A stretch of 64,000 nucleotides of DNA from Minisyncoccota bacterium (GCA_028695015.1 JAQVJR010000002.1:706-64705), one strand, 5' to 3'. Counted from the stretch's first letter, positions 39,300 through 49,745 are shown. Notes: generated by a model from the letters alone, not told the origin. Translations and numbers: made by a program.

Positions 39300-40061
39300 T
39301 TATATTGTTAAATTGTTTAAAGCTCTTAAAATAGCAATATTCTTTTCATAAGGCATTCTTTTAGGACCAAGGATACCAAAGATTGCCTTAGGCTGAGAAA
39401 TTACAGTTAAAAGAGAACTAAATTGATCTGATTTGATAAATGGATTATCTTTACCAATTAATACCATAGGCGTTTCATCTATTTTGATATTTTCTAGTTT
39501 GATCTCTAATCTTTCTAAAGATTCAGCTATTTCTTGTAATAATTCCAAACTTAATAATTCCTCAGCTATCATTTCAGAGAACATATATTTCAAGCCTTGT
39601 TTAATTAATTCTTTTTCCTGAATTAAATAACAAAAACTAAAAGAATGACTTTTATCTGCTATCAGCTCCACTAGTTCTTTTATCTTTTTCTTATTTTTTT
39701 GATTTTCAATTTGTTTAAATTTAACTTTTGCTAACTGATCAGAAAACATTTTTTCCCAATGATTTAAAAAATCATCATCTTCTTGAAATATTTTTTCAAT
39801 AAAAAACTTCCAAGCTTTATCAGTTGGCACTCGGCCACTAGAGATATAAGGTTTATGTAAATAACCTTTTTCAGTTAATATCACAAAACAATTCCTAATT
39901 GTTGCTGAACTAATTCCCAATTCATATTTCTCACCCAAAACATCAGAAGCCACTGGCTCTCCAGTCTGAAGATATTCTTTAACTAAAACTTCAAGGATAA
40001 TCTCTTTTCTATTCTTATCCTTTCCTTGCCCTGTGTTTTCTATTGTAATTTTAGTAATCAT
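39300..40061 (-). CDS. hrcA: Heat-inducible repressor HrcA (short form)
   Basis: N-terminal wHTH with YLQTGEPVASDVL. CIRCE immediately upstream. hrcA-grpE-dnaK order. Confidence 0.75.
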   Translation of the reverse strand: MITKITIENTGQGKDKNRKEIILEVLVKEYLQTGEPVASDVLGEKYELGISSATIRNCFVILTEKGYLHKPYISSGRVPTDKAWKFFIEKIFQEDDDFLNHWEKMFSDQLAKVKFKQIENQKNKKKIKELVELIADKSHSFSFCYLIQEKELIKQGLKYMFSEMIAEELLSLELLQEIAESLERLEIKLENIKIDETPMVLIGKDNPFIKSDQFSSLLTVISQPKAIFGILGPKRMPYEKNIAILRALNNLTI

Positions 40062-40085
40062 TAAAACTATCCTATATTTTACTAT

Positions 40086-40112
40086 TTAGCAGTCAAAAGT
40101 CAAGAGTGCTAA
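40086..40112. promoter_or_regulatory. CIRCE operator (HrcA binding site)
   Basis: TTAGCAGTC-N9-GAGTGCTAA versus consensus TTAGCACTC-N9-GAGTGCTAA. 25 bp upstream of hrcA. Confidence 0.8.
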
Positions 40113-40234
40113 TTTAGAACCTATCTTAAATTTCTTTTTCCCATCCCCTTTCTTTCCCCGAATCAATTTGCCTGGGTTTATGCCTCATGGTAAAATTAAA
40201 AAAATAATGAATTATTCAAAAGTTTTTTAATCTA

Positions 40235-41701
40235 ATGCTTAACTTATACAACACTTTAACTAGAAAAAAAGAGGTTTTTAAGCCTTTAAAAGGAAGAAAA
40301 GTTGGTCTTTATACTTGTGGCCCAACTGTTTATTCTTATGCTCATATTGGTAATTTAAGAACATATGTTTTTGAAGACATTTTAAAAAGAACCTTGTTAT
40401 TCAATGATTATCAAGTTAATCATCTAATGAATATTACTGATGTAGGTCATTTAACATCAGATGCTGATACTGGAGAAGATAAAATTGAAAAAACCGCTAA
40501 AAAAGAAAAAAAATCTGCTTATCAAATAGCTGAATTTTATACTCAAGCTTTTTTTAAAGATTGTGAGAAATTAAACATCTTGCCTCCAAATATCATTGCC
40601 CCAGCAACAGAATATATTGAAGAAAATATTTCTTTAATTCAAGTTTTAGAAAAAAAAGGTTATACATATAAAACCAAAGATGGGATCTATTTTGATACTT
40701 CTAAATTCAAGGATTATGGAAAACTGACTAATATGGATTTTGATAAACTGAATAAAACTCTTAAAGCCGGAGCGAGGATAGAACTTTCTCCAGAAAAAAA
40801 GAACATCACTGATTTTTCCCTTTGGAAATTTTCATCTCCAGATGAAAAAAGACAAATGGAATGGCCCTCACCTTGGGGAACAGGTTTCCCAGGTTGGCAT
40901 ATAGAATGTGCGGTTATTAACTTAAAATATTTAGGTAATGCATTTAAAAATAAGACCTTTGTTCCAGAACAAGCAGAAACCATAGATATTCATGCAGGCG
41001 GCAGTGATTTAATACCTATTCATCATACTAATGAAATTGCTCAAGTAGAAGCAGCCACTGGGAAAAAATTTGTTAATTATTGGCTTCATGGAGAATTTTT
41101 GATTTTAAAAGATTTGCGCATGGGAAAATCAACTGGCAATGTAATTCTAATAGATGATTTAGAAGAAAAAGGATATTCTCCATTATCTTATCGCTATCTT
41201 GTTTTAAATGCCCATTATCGAAAACCTTTAGAATTTTCCTGGCAAGCCTTAAATAATGCTCAACAAGGATTAAATGACATTTCTAATTTTATCTATCATT
41301 GTTTGTTAAAGACTAAACCTAATTCATCTGTTAAGCTCTCTCCTGCCCTAATAGATATACAAAAAGAATTTAAAAAAGCTATTAATGATGATTTAAATAC
41401 TCCTCAGGCCCTAGCTGTTTTCTGGAAATTAATAAAAAAATATTACAAAGAAAAATTAGATCCAAGACAAACATATCAATTAGCTTTAATTTTTGATACA
41501 ATACTTGGGCTAGGTTTGGATAAAATCAAAGTCTTCCCTTTACCTAAAGAAATACAATTATTAAATGAAAAAAGAGAAAAAATGAGAAAATCAGCCAAAT
41601 GGGCAGAGGCAGATAAAATAAGAAAAGAAATAGAGGCTTTAGGGTATTTTATAAATGACACTAAAGAAGGAACAATTATTCAACCAAAAAATAAAATCTA
41701 A
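40235..41701 (+). CDS. cysS: Cysteine--tRNA ligase
   Basis: HIGN (HIGH) and RMGKSTGN (KMSKS) motifs. Zn-binding Cys. Confidence 0.9.
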   Translation: MLNLYNTLTRKKEVFKPLKGRKVGLYTCGPTVYSYAHIGNLRTYVFEDILKRTLLFNDYQVNHLMNITDVGHLTSDADTGEDKIEKTAKKEKKSAYQIAEFYTQAFFKDCEKLNILPPNIIAPATEYIEENISLIQVLEKKGYTYKTKDGIYFDTSKFKDYGKLTNMDFDKLNKTLKAGARIELSPEKKNITDFSLWKFSSPDEKRQMEWPSPWGTGFPGWHIECAVINLKYLGNAFKNKTFVPEQAETIDIHAGGSDLIPIHHTNEIAQVEAATGKKFVNYWLHGEFLILKDLRMGKSTGNVILIDDLEEKGYSPLSYRYLVLNAHYRKPLEFSWQALNNAQQGLNDISNFIYHCLLKTKPNSSVKLSPALIDIQKEFKKAINDDLNTPQALAVFWKLIKKYYKEKLDPRQTYQLALIFDTILGLGLDKIKVFPLPKEIQLLNEKREKMRKSAKWAEADKIRKEIEALGYFINDTKEGTIIQPKNKI

Positions 41702-41707
41702 ATATTT

Positions 41708-43093
41708 ATGGCAGAAAATAATTCAAAAATAATTCAAAACAAACTGCCTCCACAAAACATTGAGGCTGAAGAATCTGTTTTAGGAGCTTTAATGATTGAC
41801 AAAAACGCTATTGCAAAAGTAGCTGATAGTTTATATCCAGAAGATTTTTATAAACCTGAGCATCGTATAACTTATGAAGCCATTTTAGATTTATACCAAA
41901 AAAATGCACCCATAGATGTTCTTTCAGTTACTAATCGCCTTAAAGAAAAAAAGCTTTTAGAAGAAACAGGTGGTGCTAGTTTTCTAACATCTTTAGTTAA
42001 TAAAACTCCTAGTAGTGCTCATGTGAGTCATTATGGTCAAATTGTACATGAAAAAAGAGTTTTAAGAGATTTAATAGCTGCCTCATATAAGATAGCTGAG
42101 CTAGGTTGGCAAGAATCAGAAGATATTAATCAAGTACTAGATAAGGCAGAACAAATAATTTTCTCTATTTCCCAAAAATCAGTGGGTTATGATTTTATCA
42201 CTTTAAAAGAAGAATTAATTAAAGCCTTTGACCGCATAGATCAATTGCATAAAGGAGGTGATAAATTAAGAGGCGTTGGCACTGGATTCAATGACTTAGA
42301 TAATAAATTAGCTGGTTTACAAAAATCTGATTTAATCATTATTGGCGGTCGTCCTTCATTGGGAAAAACCTCTTTAGCTTTGGATATTGCTCGTTATGCT
42401 GCATTAAGAGAAAAAGCCTCGGTAGGTATCTTTAGTTTAGAAATGTCAAAAGAACAAGTGGTTGATCGTTTAATTGCTGCTGAATCAACAGTAGATTTAT
42501 GGAAGATAAGAACTGGCGCTCTTTCAACTGCTGGAGAAACAAATGATTTTACTCTTATTCAAGACGCTTTATCTCGTTTAGCTGAAGCCCCAATATTTAT
42601 TGATGACATTCCTTCACCAACTGTAATGCAAATAAGAACTATGGCTCGTCGTTTGCAAGCCCAAATTGATTTAGGAATGATTATTATAGACTACATTCAA
42701 CTTATTACTCCTACGCTTACCAGAGAAAGCACTGTCCAGCAATATAGTGAAATATCTCGTTCTCTTAAAGCCTTAGCTAGAGAATTAAATATTCCTGTGG
42801 TCGCTCTTTCTCAACTTTCTAGAGCTGTTGAACAAAGAGGCCCTCTTTGCATCCCCCGACTTTCAGATTTAAGGGAAACTGGTAGTTTAGAACAAGACGC
42901 TGATGTTGTTCTCTTTGTTTATCGAGAAGACCGATATAGGGAAGATACAGAAAAACAGAATATTGCAGAAATTAGAATTGCCAAACACCGAAACGGACCC
43001 CTAGGTGTAGCTAATCTGTATTTTAATGAACAATTAGCTAGTTTTCGTAATTTAGAAAAAGAAGAGAATATTTATCAACCAGAAGAAGAATAA
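41708..43093 (+). CDS. dnaB: Replicative DNA helicase DnaB
   Basis: Walker A GGRPSLGKTS. DnaB N-terminal domain. Confidence 0.9.
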   Translation: MAENNSKIIQNKLPPQNIEAEESVLGALMIDKNAIAKVADSLYPEDFYKPEHRITYEAILDLYQKNAPIDVLSVTNRLKEKKLLEETGGASFLTSLVNKTPSSAHVSHYGQIVHEKRVLRDLIAASYKIAELGWQESEDINQVLDKAEQIIFSISQKSVGYDFITLKEELIKAFDRIDQLHKGGDKLRGVGTGFNDLDNKLAGLQKSDLIIIGGRPSLGKTSLALDIARYAALREKASVGIFSLEMSKEQVVDRLIAAESTVDLWKIRTGALSTAGETNDFTLIQDALSRLAEAPIFIDDIPSPTVMQIRTMARRLQAQIDLGMIIIDYIQLITPTLTRESTVQQYSEISRSLKALARELNIPVVALSQLSRAVEQRGPLCIPRLSDLRETGSLEQDADVVLFVYREDRYREDTEKQNIAEIRIAKHRNGPLGVANLYFNEQLASFRNLEKEENIYQPEEE

Positions 43094-43106
43094 ATTAATT
43101 ATTGCA

Positions 43107-43733
43107 ATGGATCTTCCAAAGCCCATAAAAGATTTTGTTCAAGTTTTTAGTCAATTACCTGGCATTGGTCCTCGTCAAGCAACCCGCCTTGCCTTTTGGT
43201 TATTGCATCAGAAAAGAGAAACCCAACATGCTTTTTATCGTGCTTTTACCAATTTATTCACTAAAACCCAGATTTGCCCTAATTGTTTTTTTATCTCAGA
43301 AAAAGAATCAACTGGAAGTAAGCTATGTAAAATTTGCCGTCAAAAACAAAGAGACCAAAGCCTTATCTGTGTTGTTGAAAAAGAAACAGATCTTATTTCT
43401 ATAGAAAACACAAATAAATACCGTGGTCTTTATCATGTCTTAGGTGGTTTGATTTCTGAAATAGATGAGAGCAAGAAACAAAAACTAAATATCAACCAGC
43501 TATTAACTCGTATTAAAAAAGTTTCTAAAACCCCACAAAAAGTAAAAGAAATAATCTTAGCTCTTAACCCCTCTTCTGAAGGAAATTTAACTACTTATAC
43601 TTTAGAAAAGGCAATTAAAGAATTGAATTTAGATATTAAGATAACAAAATTAGGCAGGGGCTTGCCTCAAGGCGGAGAAGTAGAATTTGCTGATGCAGAA
43701 ACCTTAGTTAATGCCTTAGAAGGAAGAAAGTAA
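43107..43733 (+). CDS. recR: Recombination protein RecR
   Basis: HhH LPGIGPRQATRLAF. C4 zinc finger CPNC...CKIC. Toprim domain. Confidence 0.85.
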   Translation: MDLPKPIKDFVQVFSQLPGIGPRQATRLAFWLLHQKRETQHAFYRAFTNLFTKTQICPNCFFISEKESTGSKLCKICRQKQRDQSLICVVEKETDLISIENTNKYRGLYHVLGGLISEIDESKKQKLNINQLLTRIKKVSKTPQKVKEIILALNPSSEGNLTTYTLEKAIKELNLDIKITKLGRGLPQGGEVEFADAETLVNALEGRK

Positions 43734-43742
43734 AAAAGACGC

Positions 43743-44141
43743 TTAAGCGTCTTTTTTTTCCTTCAAATCCTTTTCCTTCAAATCCTTTTTTTTCAGATCT
43801 TTTTCTTCCTTTTCTTTCAGATCTTTTTCTTTTAAATCCTTTATTGATACTTTCATAAAAGGCTGTCGATGGCCTTTTTTCTTTGTGTATCTGGTTTTTG
43901 ATTTATAGCGAAACACAATTACTTTCTTAGACCTACCTTCTTCTTCACATTTAGCACTAATCTTCATACCAATAATATAAGGTTGGCCAATTTGTATTTC
44001 ACCTTTTTCATCTGCAAAAAGAAGTACTTTATCAAAGATTATTTCATCCCCTACTTGCACTCCTTTTATTTTCTCTATTTTTAATTTTTGCCCTGGAGCA
44101 ATAAGATATTGTTTACCTCCAGTTTCTACTACAGCTAACAT
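43743..44141 (-). CDS. rplU: 50S ribosomal protein L21 with Lys/Glu-repeat C-terminal extension
   Basis: L21 N-terminus MLAVVETGGKQYLIAPGQ. The C-terminus is DLKEK repeats encoded by DNA tandem repeats at 43745-43830. Confidence 0.85.
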   Translation of the reverse strand: MLAVVETGGKQYLIAPGQKLKIEKIKGVQVGDEIIFDKVLLFADEKGEIQIGQPYIIGMKISAKCEEEGRSKKVIVFRYKSKTRYTKKKGHRQPFMKVSIKDLKEKDLKEKEEKDLKKKDLKEKDLKEKKDA

Positions 44142-44165
44142 AATATAAATTTTAAATCTTATTAT

Positions 44166-44513
44166 TTATCTATTAAGAATATATATCTGAATACTGATTA
44201 AAAGAATTAAAACAGCAATACTCATATTAGCAAAAAACAGCAGCCAACTCAAGTCTTTATCTTTAGTTTTTAATAATTCAGAAAGCCAAAAATTAATACT
44301 AATAAAGATCATTCCCAAAGCTGGAATAACCCAAATTAAGTTACGATGGCCTAAAAAATTAATCCCAAATTCATTAGAACGAAAAATTACTGGAAAATTA
44401 GCAATTGTTTTATCAAAAACTAACCAATTCAAAATTAAAGAAATAATAAAACAACCTATAATTAATAGCCAATATTTTTCTCTAGTTCTATTAATAATTT
44501 TATAAAATTTCAT
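44166..44513 (-). CDS. Small membrane protein, unknown (start moved to the internal Met because the ORF 5' end overlaps a tRNA)
   Basis: Three predicted TM helices. The ORF-track N-terminus translates tRNA-Glu sequence. Confidence 0.35.
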   Translation of the reverse strand: MKFYKIINRTREKYWLLIIGCFIISLILNWLVFDKTIANFPVIFRSNEFGINFLGHRNLIWVIPALGMIFISINFWLSELLKTKDKDLSWLLFFANMSIAVLILLISIQIYILNR

Positions 44514-44525
44514 TCTTTTATTTAG

Positions 44526-44598
44526 TGCCCTCAACCGGATTCGAACCGGTGTTACCAGAATGAGAATCTGGCGTCCTAAGCCACTAGACGATGAGGGC
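44526..44598 (-). tRNA. tRNA-Glu (anticodon CUC)
   Basis: Minus-strand GCCCTCA acceptor. CCAGA-TTCTCAT-TCTGG anticodon arm. GGTTCGAATCC T-loop. 73 nt. Confidence 0.8.
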
Positions 44599-44652
44599 AA
44601 TATTAAAAATATACCATAACCAATACGTATTATCCAGAAAACTTAAAAACCT

Positions 44653-45891
44653 TTAATTGTTCTCTAATTTAATTTCTTGAGTTATTTTCTCCATCTGCAT
44701 AGCTCGAGAGCCTTTAATTAAAATCAAATCCCCTTTTTGCAATATTCCTTTAATGGTTTCTCTAGCTTGTTCACTGTTTTTAAACCAAAAAGTTTGTATT
44801 TTAGGATTTTTTTTCAAAGCAGATTCTCTTGCTTTAATCATTTCTTCACCAATACCAATAAAAACATCAATATTCTTTTCTGCTATTGCCAAACCAATCA
44901 GCTGATGTGCTTGTTCAGATAAATTACTTAATTCTTTCATAGCCCCTAGAGCCACAATCCTCCTTTTAGCAGGAGCTGATTCTATTAGATCCAGAGATGC
45001 TAAAACTGAATCAGGGCTGGCATTATATGCATCATCTAAAATCCAAGTATTATTAATTCCAGGCATAAACTTAGTCCTCCCTTCAGGTATTTGATGATCT
45101 TTTATTGCTTCAGCTATTTCTACTAAATTCATCCCTAGAGATAAACCAACAGCAGCTCCAGCAGCTAAGGCATAAGCTTGGGGTTTTCCAAAAACATTTT
45201 TTACTCTTACAGGCACAAAACTGCCTTTGTATTCTAATCTAAAACTCATCCCTGTTTTACTCAAATCTTTACCTGAGAAGATTAACTTATAATTACTCAC
45301 TTTTACATCAGCTTTTTCATCAAAACCATAGAAAATAGTTTTGGCCATGGTTTTTTCTCTTAACCCAACAACTGGTTCATTATCTGCATTAAGAATTAAA
45401 GTATCTTTTAATAATAACCTCTGGGGTAAATAACTTATTTCTTCAATAAAATGACTGGTATTTTTAAAATGCTCTAAATGAACTGGGGGTGAGCCAATAA
45501 AAGTAATAATACCAATTGTTGGTTGAGCTAAATCAACTAAATACTTAATTACTCCTGGAGCATCTTCAGACATTTCTAAAATTAAAACCTCAGGATAATT
45601 TTTGCTTTTAAAGATAAAAAGCCTTAAGGCATGAAGAAAATTATAAAACCAAAGCAATACATTTCTTTTTGCATCCTTGCCTTGAATAATTGTTAAAGGC
45701 AATCCAATCTCAGTATTTAAATTAAAAATATTTCTTGCTGTTCTGTATTTTTTATTAAGAATAGTAAAAATCGCCTCTTTAGTAGAGGTTTTACCCACGC
45801 TTCCAGTAACCCCAATAACTAATGGCTTATAGCGCCATAAAATTAGTTTGGCTAAAAATTTTAATTTGTATTGAATTAATTTTCTTTTCAT
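44653..45891 (-). CDS. murF: UDP-N-acetylmuramoyl-tripeptide--D-alanyl-D-alanine ligase
   Basis: VIGVTGSVGKTSTKE P-loop. Mur ligase C-terminal domain. Confidence 0.8.
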   Translation of the reverse strand: MKRKLIQYKLKFLAKLILWRYKPLVIGVTGSVGKTSTKEAIFTILNKKYRTARNIFNLNTEIGLPLTIIQGKDAKRNVLLWFYNFLHALRLFIFKSKNYPEVLILEMSEDAPGVIKYLVDLAQPTIGIITFIGSPPVHLEHFKNTSHFIEEISYLPQRLLLKDTLILNADNEPVVGLREKTMAKTIFYGFDEKADVKVSNYKLIFSGKDLSKTGMSFRLEYKGSFVPVRVKNVFGKPQAYALAAGAAVGLSLGMNLVEIAEAIKDHQIPEGRTKFMPGINNTWILDDAYNASPDSVLASLDLIESAPAKRRIVALGAMKELSNLSEQAHQLIGLAIAEKNIDVFIGIGEEMIKARESALKKNPKIQTFWFKNSEQARETIKGILQKGDLILIKGSRAMQMEKITQEIKLENN

Positions 45892-45903
45892 CTTGTATTA
45901 ACT

Positions 45904-47703
45904 TTATTCTAATTGATCTGGAGGGATATTGTAATAATTGATTAAGAAACTTTCAACTTCTCTAAAAGCCAAAGTAACTGTTTGACTAGCAGCTCCTTCC
46001 CCCCATTGAGGTTGATCCATTTTTACTAAAATAATATATTCTGGATCTGAAGCTGGGAAAAATCCCACAAAAGTATGAATTTCTTCTTCAGTATACCCTG
46101 CCTTATCTTTTAAAGGAACAAAGGCCGTACCAGTTTTTCCTGCTAAACTATACCCTTTTACCTTAGCATTACCCCCAAATCCATTTTCAATAACTCCTAC
46201 TAGCATTGAGGTTAAAGTTTCTGCTGATTCTGCATTAACAATTTGCTGGGCACTATCAGTAGAATCAGGGATACTTAAAGCTATGCTTTTACCTGCGCTA
46301 TCTCTGGTGCTTTCTACAAGATAAGGAGTTACTGCCTTGCCTTTATTAGCAATAATGGCAAAAGCACGTATAAGAGCCATCGGAGTAGTAGAAATTCCTA
46401 CACCATAAGAAGCCGTGGCAGAATAACTAGGGTTTACCTTTGGATATTCTAAATTAGATAAATCACCAACAACCTCATTAGGTAAATCAATTCCAGCTAT
46501 TTCAGCAAATCCAAATTTGGTAAAATAGTTTCTTAAGGCTTCACTGCCTATTTCTTCTGCAACAAAAATAGCTCCCGTATTAATAGAGAATTCTAAAACC
46601 TTGCGCATTGTTGATTCACCATAAACCCGTCCTTCATAATTAATAATATGATAACCGCCAACATCATAATATCCTTTGTCAATATACGTTGTATCTGGAG
46701 TTACTTTTCCTGTGTCTATACCAGCAAACATAGTAAAAGGCTTAATCACTGAGCCAGGCTCATATCTTTCTTCAACTGCATAATTCCTATAAATGGAATA
46801 ATCTTTTATCTCTGAAAATTCATTTAGATTAAATGTTGGCCAATTAGCTAAAGCCAGAATCTTTCCTGTTTTAACTTCCATCACAATAATTGTTCCTTTA
46901 GATGCTTTTCTAGTTTCCACTAAATCCTCTAAAGCTTTCTGGGTTGTAAATTGAACATTTTTATCTATGGTTGTCTCTATGGAAACACCTTCAATCTCTT
47001 TTTTTTCTTGAGATGAATTAGAGCGCACTAATCTATTAAAAGCATCTTTAATACCCTGGAAAACACCTGTTTGCCCTGCAAGGATTTTTTCATAATAAGA
47101 TTCTAGGCCATAACGACCTTTCTTTGTTTCATCTTCTTCTTGTTCAGCAACAAAACCTATTGTTTGAGCAGCAAAAGATTCAAAAGGATAATAACGTTCA
47201 TATTTTTCTTCAAAATCAATACCTTTTAATTCTAATTCCCTTATTTCTTTAATTAAATCCTCATCTTCTACTTTTTTTAATAATAATTCATAAGGATCAT
47301 CAGGCTTGCTCAATCTTTCAAAAATTGCATCAAAAGATAAAGGAATTATTTCTGCCAGAGTTTCACTCACTTCTTTTGGATTTTCTATATCTTTGGGTAC
47401 AGCAAACAAGGAAAGATATTTTTTATTAATAGCTACTGGAATATGATCTTTATCCTTATCTTGGCAATAAATTAAACCTCTTTTAGGAGTCAAGACTTGG
47501 GTTGTCTGGTGAGTTGATTCTGCTCTTTGAGAATATTCAAAATGCTCCTTGACTTGTAAAATATATAACTTGCCTAATAATCCTAAAAAAATAGCAAAGA
47601 TAGCAAAGTAAATAAAATAAATTCTTCCTTGGGAAGAATATTCTTTTCTTTTATTTTTTTGATAAAAACTTCTGTATTTTGAATATTTTTTTTTCCTAGC
47701 CAT
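45904..47703 (-). CDS. ftsI: Penicillin-binding protein (class B transpeptidase, FtsI/PBP2-like)
   Basis: N-terminal TM. SVIKP (SxxK), SxN and KTGTA motifs. Confidence 0.8.
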   Translation of the reverse strand: MARKKKYSKYRSFYQKNKRKEYSSQGRIYFIYFAIFAIFLGLLGKLYILQVKEHFEYSQRAESTHQTTQVLTPKRGLIYCQDKDKDHIPVAINKKYLSLFAVPKDIENPKEVSETLAEIIPLSFDAIFERLSKPDDPYELLLKKVEDEDLIKEIRELELKGIDFEEKYERYYPFESFAAQTIGFVAEQEEDETKKGRYGLESYYEKILAGQTGVFQGIKDAFNRLVRSNSSQEKKEIEGVSIETTIDKNVQFTTQKALEDLVETRKASKGTIIVMEVKTGKILALANWPTFNLNEFSEIKDYSIYRNYAVEERYEPGSVIKPFTMFAGIDTGKVTPDTTYIDKGYYDVGGYHIINYEGRVYGESTMRKVLEFSINTGAIFVAEEIGSEALRNYFTKFGFAEIAGIDLPNEVVGDLSNLEYPKVNPSYSATASYGVGISTTPMALIRAFAIIANKGKAVTPYLVESTRDSAGKSIALSIPDSTDSAQQIVNAESAETLTSMLVGVIENGFGGNAKVKGYSLAGKTGTAFVPLKDKAGYTEEEIHTFVGFFPASDPEYIILVKMDQPQWGEGAASQTVTLAFREVESFLINYYNIPPDQLE

Positions 47704-47715
47704 TATAAATTTCCC

Positions 47716-48123
47716 CTATCTTTGAGCTAAGTTTTTATTTCCCATATCTAAGTAAGAAATTGCCTGCGCCTTAACAAAATTATTTAATTCTGCCCATTCA
47801 GTTACTTTTTCTCTAGAAACAATTATTGCACTTTGTTCATTCAAATAATTAATATTATCTTCTATTTGATTTAATTCTTGTTTCAAGCTAATAATTTTGT
47901 AATCAGCTGAGATATTCTGCCCAAATAAAACAAGCCAAAAACCACTAATAATTACTATTGGCATTGCAAATAAAAAGACTAATTTAATATGCCCCAAATA
48001 TTGACCAGCATCATTAACAAAACATCGCCATTTTCTTTTATTATTTCGCGTTAATCTCTTTTTGGAATTCAAAATCATTGCTTGTCTGCCTTTGTTTTTA
48101 GTTGAATTATAGATAATGGTCAT
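47716..48123 (-). CDS. ftsL: FtsL-like cell division protein
   Basis: Single TM plus coiled coil. Located between rsmH and ftsI, as in dcw clusters. Confidence 0.5.
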   Translation of the reverse strand: MTIIYNSTKNKGRQAMILNSKKRLTRNNKRKWRCFVNDAGQYLGHIKLVFLFAMPIVIISGFWLVLFGQNISADYKIISLKQELNQIEDNINYLNEQSAIIVSREKVTEWAELNNFVKAQAISYLDMGNKNLAQR

Positions 48124-48151
48124 GGTAAATATTTAATTTTAAAATTTTGAA

Positions 48152-49069
48152 TTAATTTATTTGGGCTGCTCTTAATTTAGCTGAACGCGAACGAGAATTT
48201 TTTAATATTTCCTCTTTGGTGGGAACAATTGGTTTTTTTGTTAAAATTTGTAATTTATTAATTTCAGATTGTTCTTTAAAAAAGTTTTTTACAATTCTGT
48301 CTTCTAAAGAATGAAAAGAAATTACTACTATCCGGCCATTGGTCTCTAGAATATTTATTGCCTGCTCTAGGCCCTTTCTAATATTTTCCAATTCATTATT
48401 AACAGCAATGCGCAAAGCTTGAAAAACTCGGGTGGCAAAATGAATTCTTCTCTGATCATAATTTTTTGGTAAAGTTCTTGCTAATAAATCTACTAGTTGC
48501 TGAGTGCTAATAATTCTTTCTTTTTTTCTTGCTTCTTTGATAGCTAAGGCTATACGTTGAGAATATCTTTCTTCTCCAAATTCTCTTAGTATTTTCTCAA
48601 TTTCTTCTATTTCCCAAAAATTTACAATCTCAGCTGCAGTTAAATCTTGCTTTGAATCAAATCGCATATCTAAGGGCTCATCTTTTTGATAAGAAAAACC
48701 CTTTCCTGATGACTCTAAATGCCAAGAGCACATACCTAAATCAAATAAGATTCCTTGAATTGGCTTAATATCATTCTCTTTAACTATCTTTTCTAAATGG
48801 ATATAAGAACCATTAACTAAAACTAATCTATCTCCTAAACTCTTATCTGTACTTTTTAATTCAGTAGCTCTTTTTAAAGCCTCGAGTGAAAGATCAATGC
48901 CTAATAGCTTACCTTTTGGCCCTGTTAGCTCTAATATTTCCAATGAGTGTCCTGCTTCACCAACAGTAGCGTCAATGAAATTTTCATTAGGTTTTGGATT
49001 TAGGTAATAAATTACTTCTTTTAAAAGAACTGGAACATGCATAATGCTAAAATCAAATTCCGAGGTCAC
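48152..49069 (-). CDS. rsmH: 16S rRNA (cytosine1402-N4)-methyltransferase
   Basis: HVPVLL N-terminus. SAM-binding motifs. Confidence 0.9.
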   Translation of the reverse strand: MTSEFDFSIMHVPVLLKEVIYYLNPKPNENFIDATVGEAGHSLEILELTGPKGKLLGIDLSLEALKRATELKSTDKSLGDRLVLVNGSYIHLEKIVKENDIKPIQGILFDLGMCSWHLESSGKGFSYQKDEPLDMRFDSKQDLTAAEIVNFWEIEEIEKILREFGEERYSQRIALAIKEARKKERIISTQQLVDLLARTLPKNYDQRRIHFATRVFQALRIAVNNELENIRKGLEQAINILETNGRIVVISFHSLEDRIVKNFFKEQSEINKLQILTKKPIVPTKEEILKNSRSRSAKLRAAQIN

Positions 49070-49484
49070 CTAATTTTTCCGCAATGCTACCTGATTCTTT
49101 TTCTGTCTTCTGTTTGTATTTTTCCCATTCTTTTTGATCCCAAACTTCTAAACGATTATAAACACCTGCTAAGACTATTTTTTTTCCTAAGCCAGCATAT
49201 TTTCTTAAATAATCAGGTATTAAAATTCTGCCTTGGTTATCTAATTTCACATCCATAGCTCCAGCTAACATCAATCGAGCAAAAGCTCGAGAATTAGCCT
49301 GACTCAAAGGAAGACTTTTTATTTTCTCTGCCATTTGTTGCCAATCTTTTGAAGAAAAAATAAAAAGACAATTATCTAATCCCCTAGTTAAAACAGCATT
49401 AGGTAAAAGCTGTTTTCGTAATTTAGAAGGAATAGCGACTCTTCCTTTTGGGTCTATGGTATATGAATATTCACCAATGAACAT
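49053..49484 (-). CDS. mraZ: Transcriptional regulator MraZ
   Basis: MFIGEYSYTIDPKGRVAIPSKLR and a second DxxxR repeat. 143 aa. Confidence 0.9.
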   Translation of the reverse strand: MFIGEYSYTIDPKGRVAIPSKLRKQLLPNAVLTRGLDNCLFIFSSKDWQQMAEKIKSLPLSQANSRAFARLMLAGAMDVKLDNQGRILIPDYLRKYAGLGKKIVLAGVYNRLEVWDQKEWEKYKQKTEKESGSIAEKLGDLGI

Positions 49485-49533
49485 AATAAAATAATTTAAA
49501 ATTCAAATTCCTTATCTTAATTAATATTTTAGT

Positions 49534-49611
49534 TATCCCCAAAAAACATACTTTTCCCCACTGTTATCCACATCTATCCACTTTACCCCATTTTACTCTT
49601 TTCAACCCCAC
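49534..49611 (-). promoter_or_regulatory. Phased MraZ-binding repeats (GTGG[G/A] on the mraZ coding strand)
   Basis: CCCAC/TCCAC pentamers at a 10-bp period (CCAC cores at 49558, 49568, 49578, ~49587 and 49608), 70-130 bp upstream of mraZ. Confidence 0.55.
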
Positions 49612-49745
49612 TAAGTCAAGCCTTAAATATCTTTAAAAAACACTTATAAATTCAATTAAAATTTAAGATACTTTTCGCTTAAATAAAGGTTTAATCCTTT
49701 TTTTATCATTTCCCCACTTATATAATATCCCCATATTATCCACAA

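Noticed and set aside
49534-49611. Possible oriC because of TTATCCACA DnaA-box matches
   Set aside because: No dnaA or dnaN nearby. The boxes fall in a strictly 10-bp phased GTGGR array directly upstream of mraZ, which fits MraZ-binding repeats better. Kept as a side note only.
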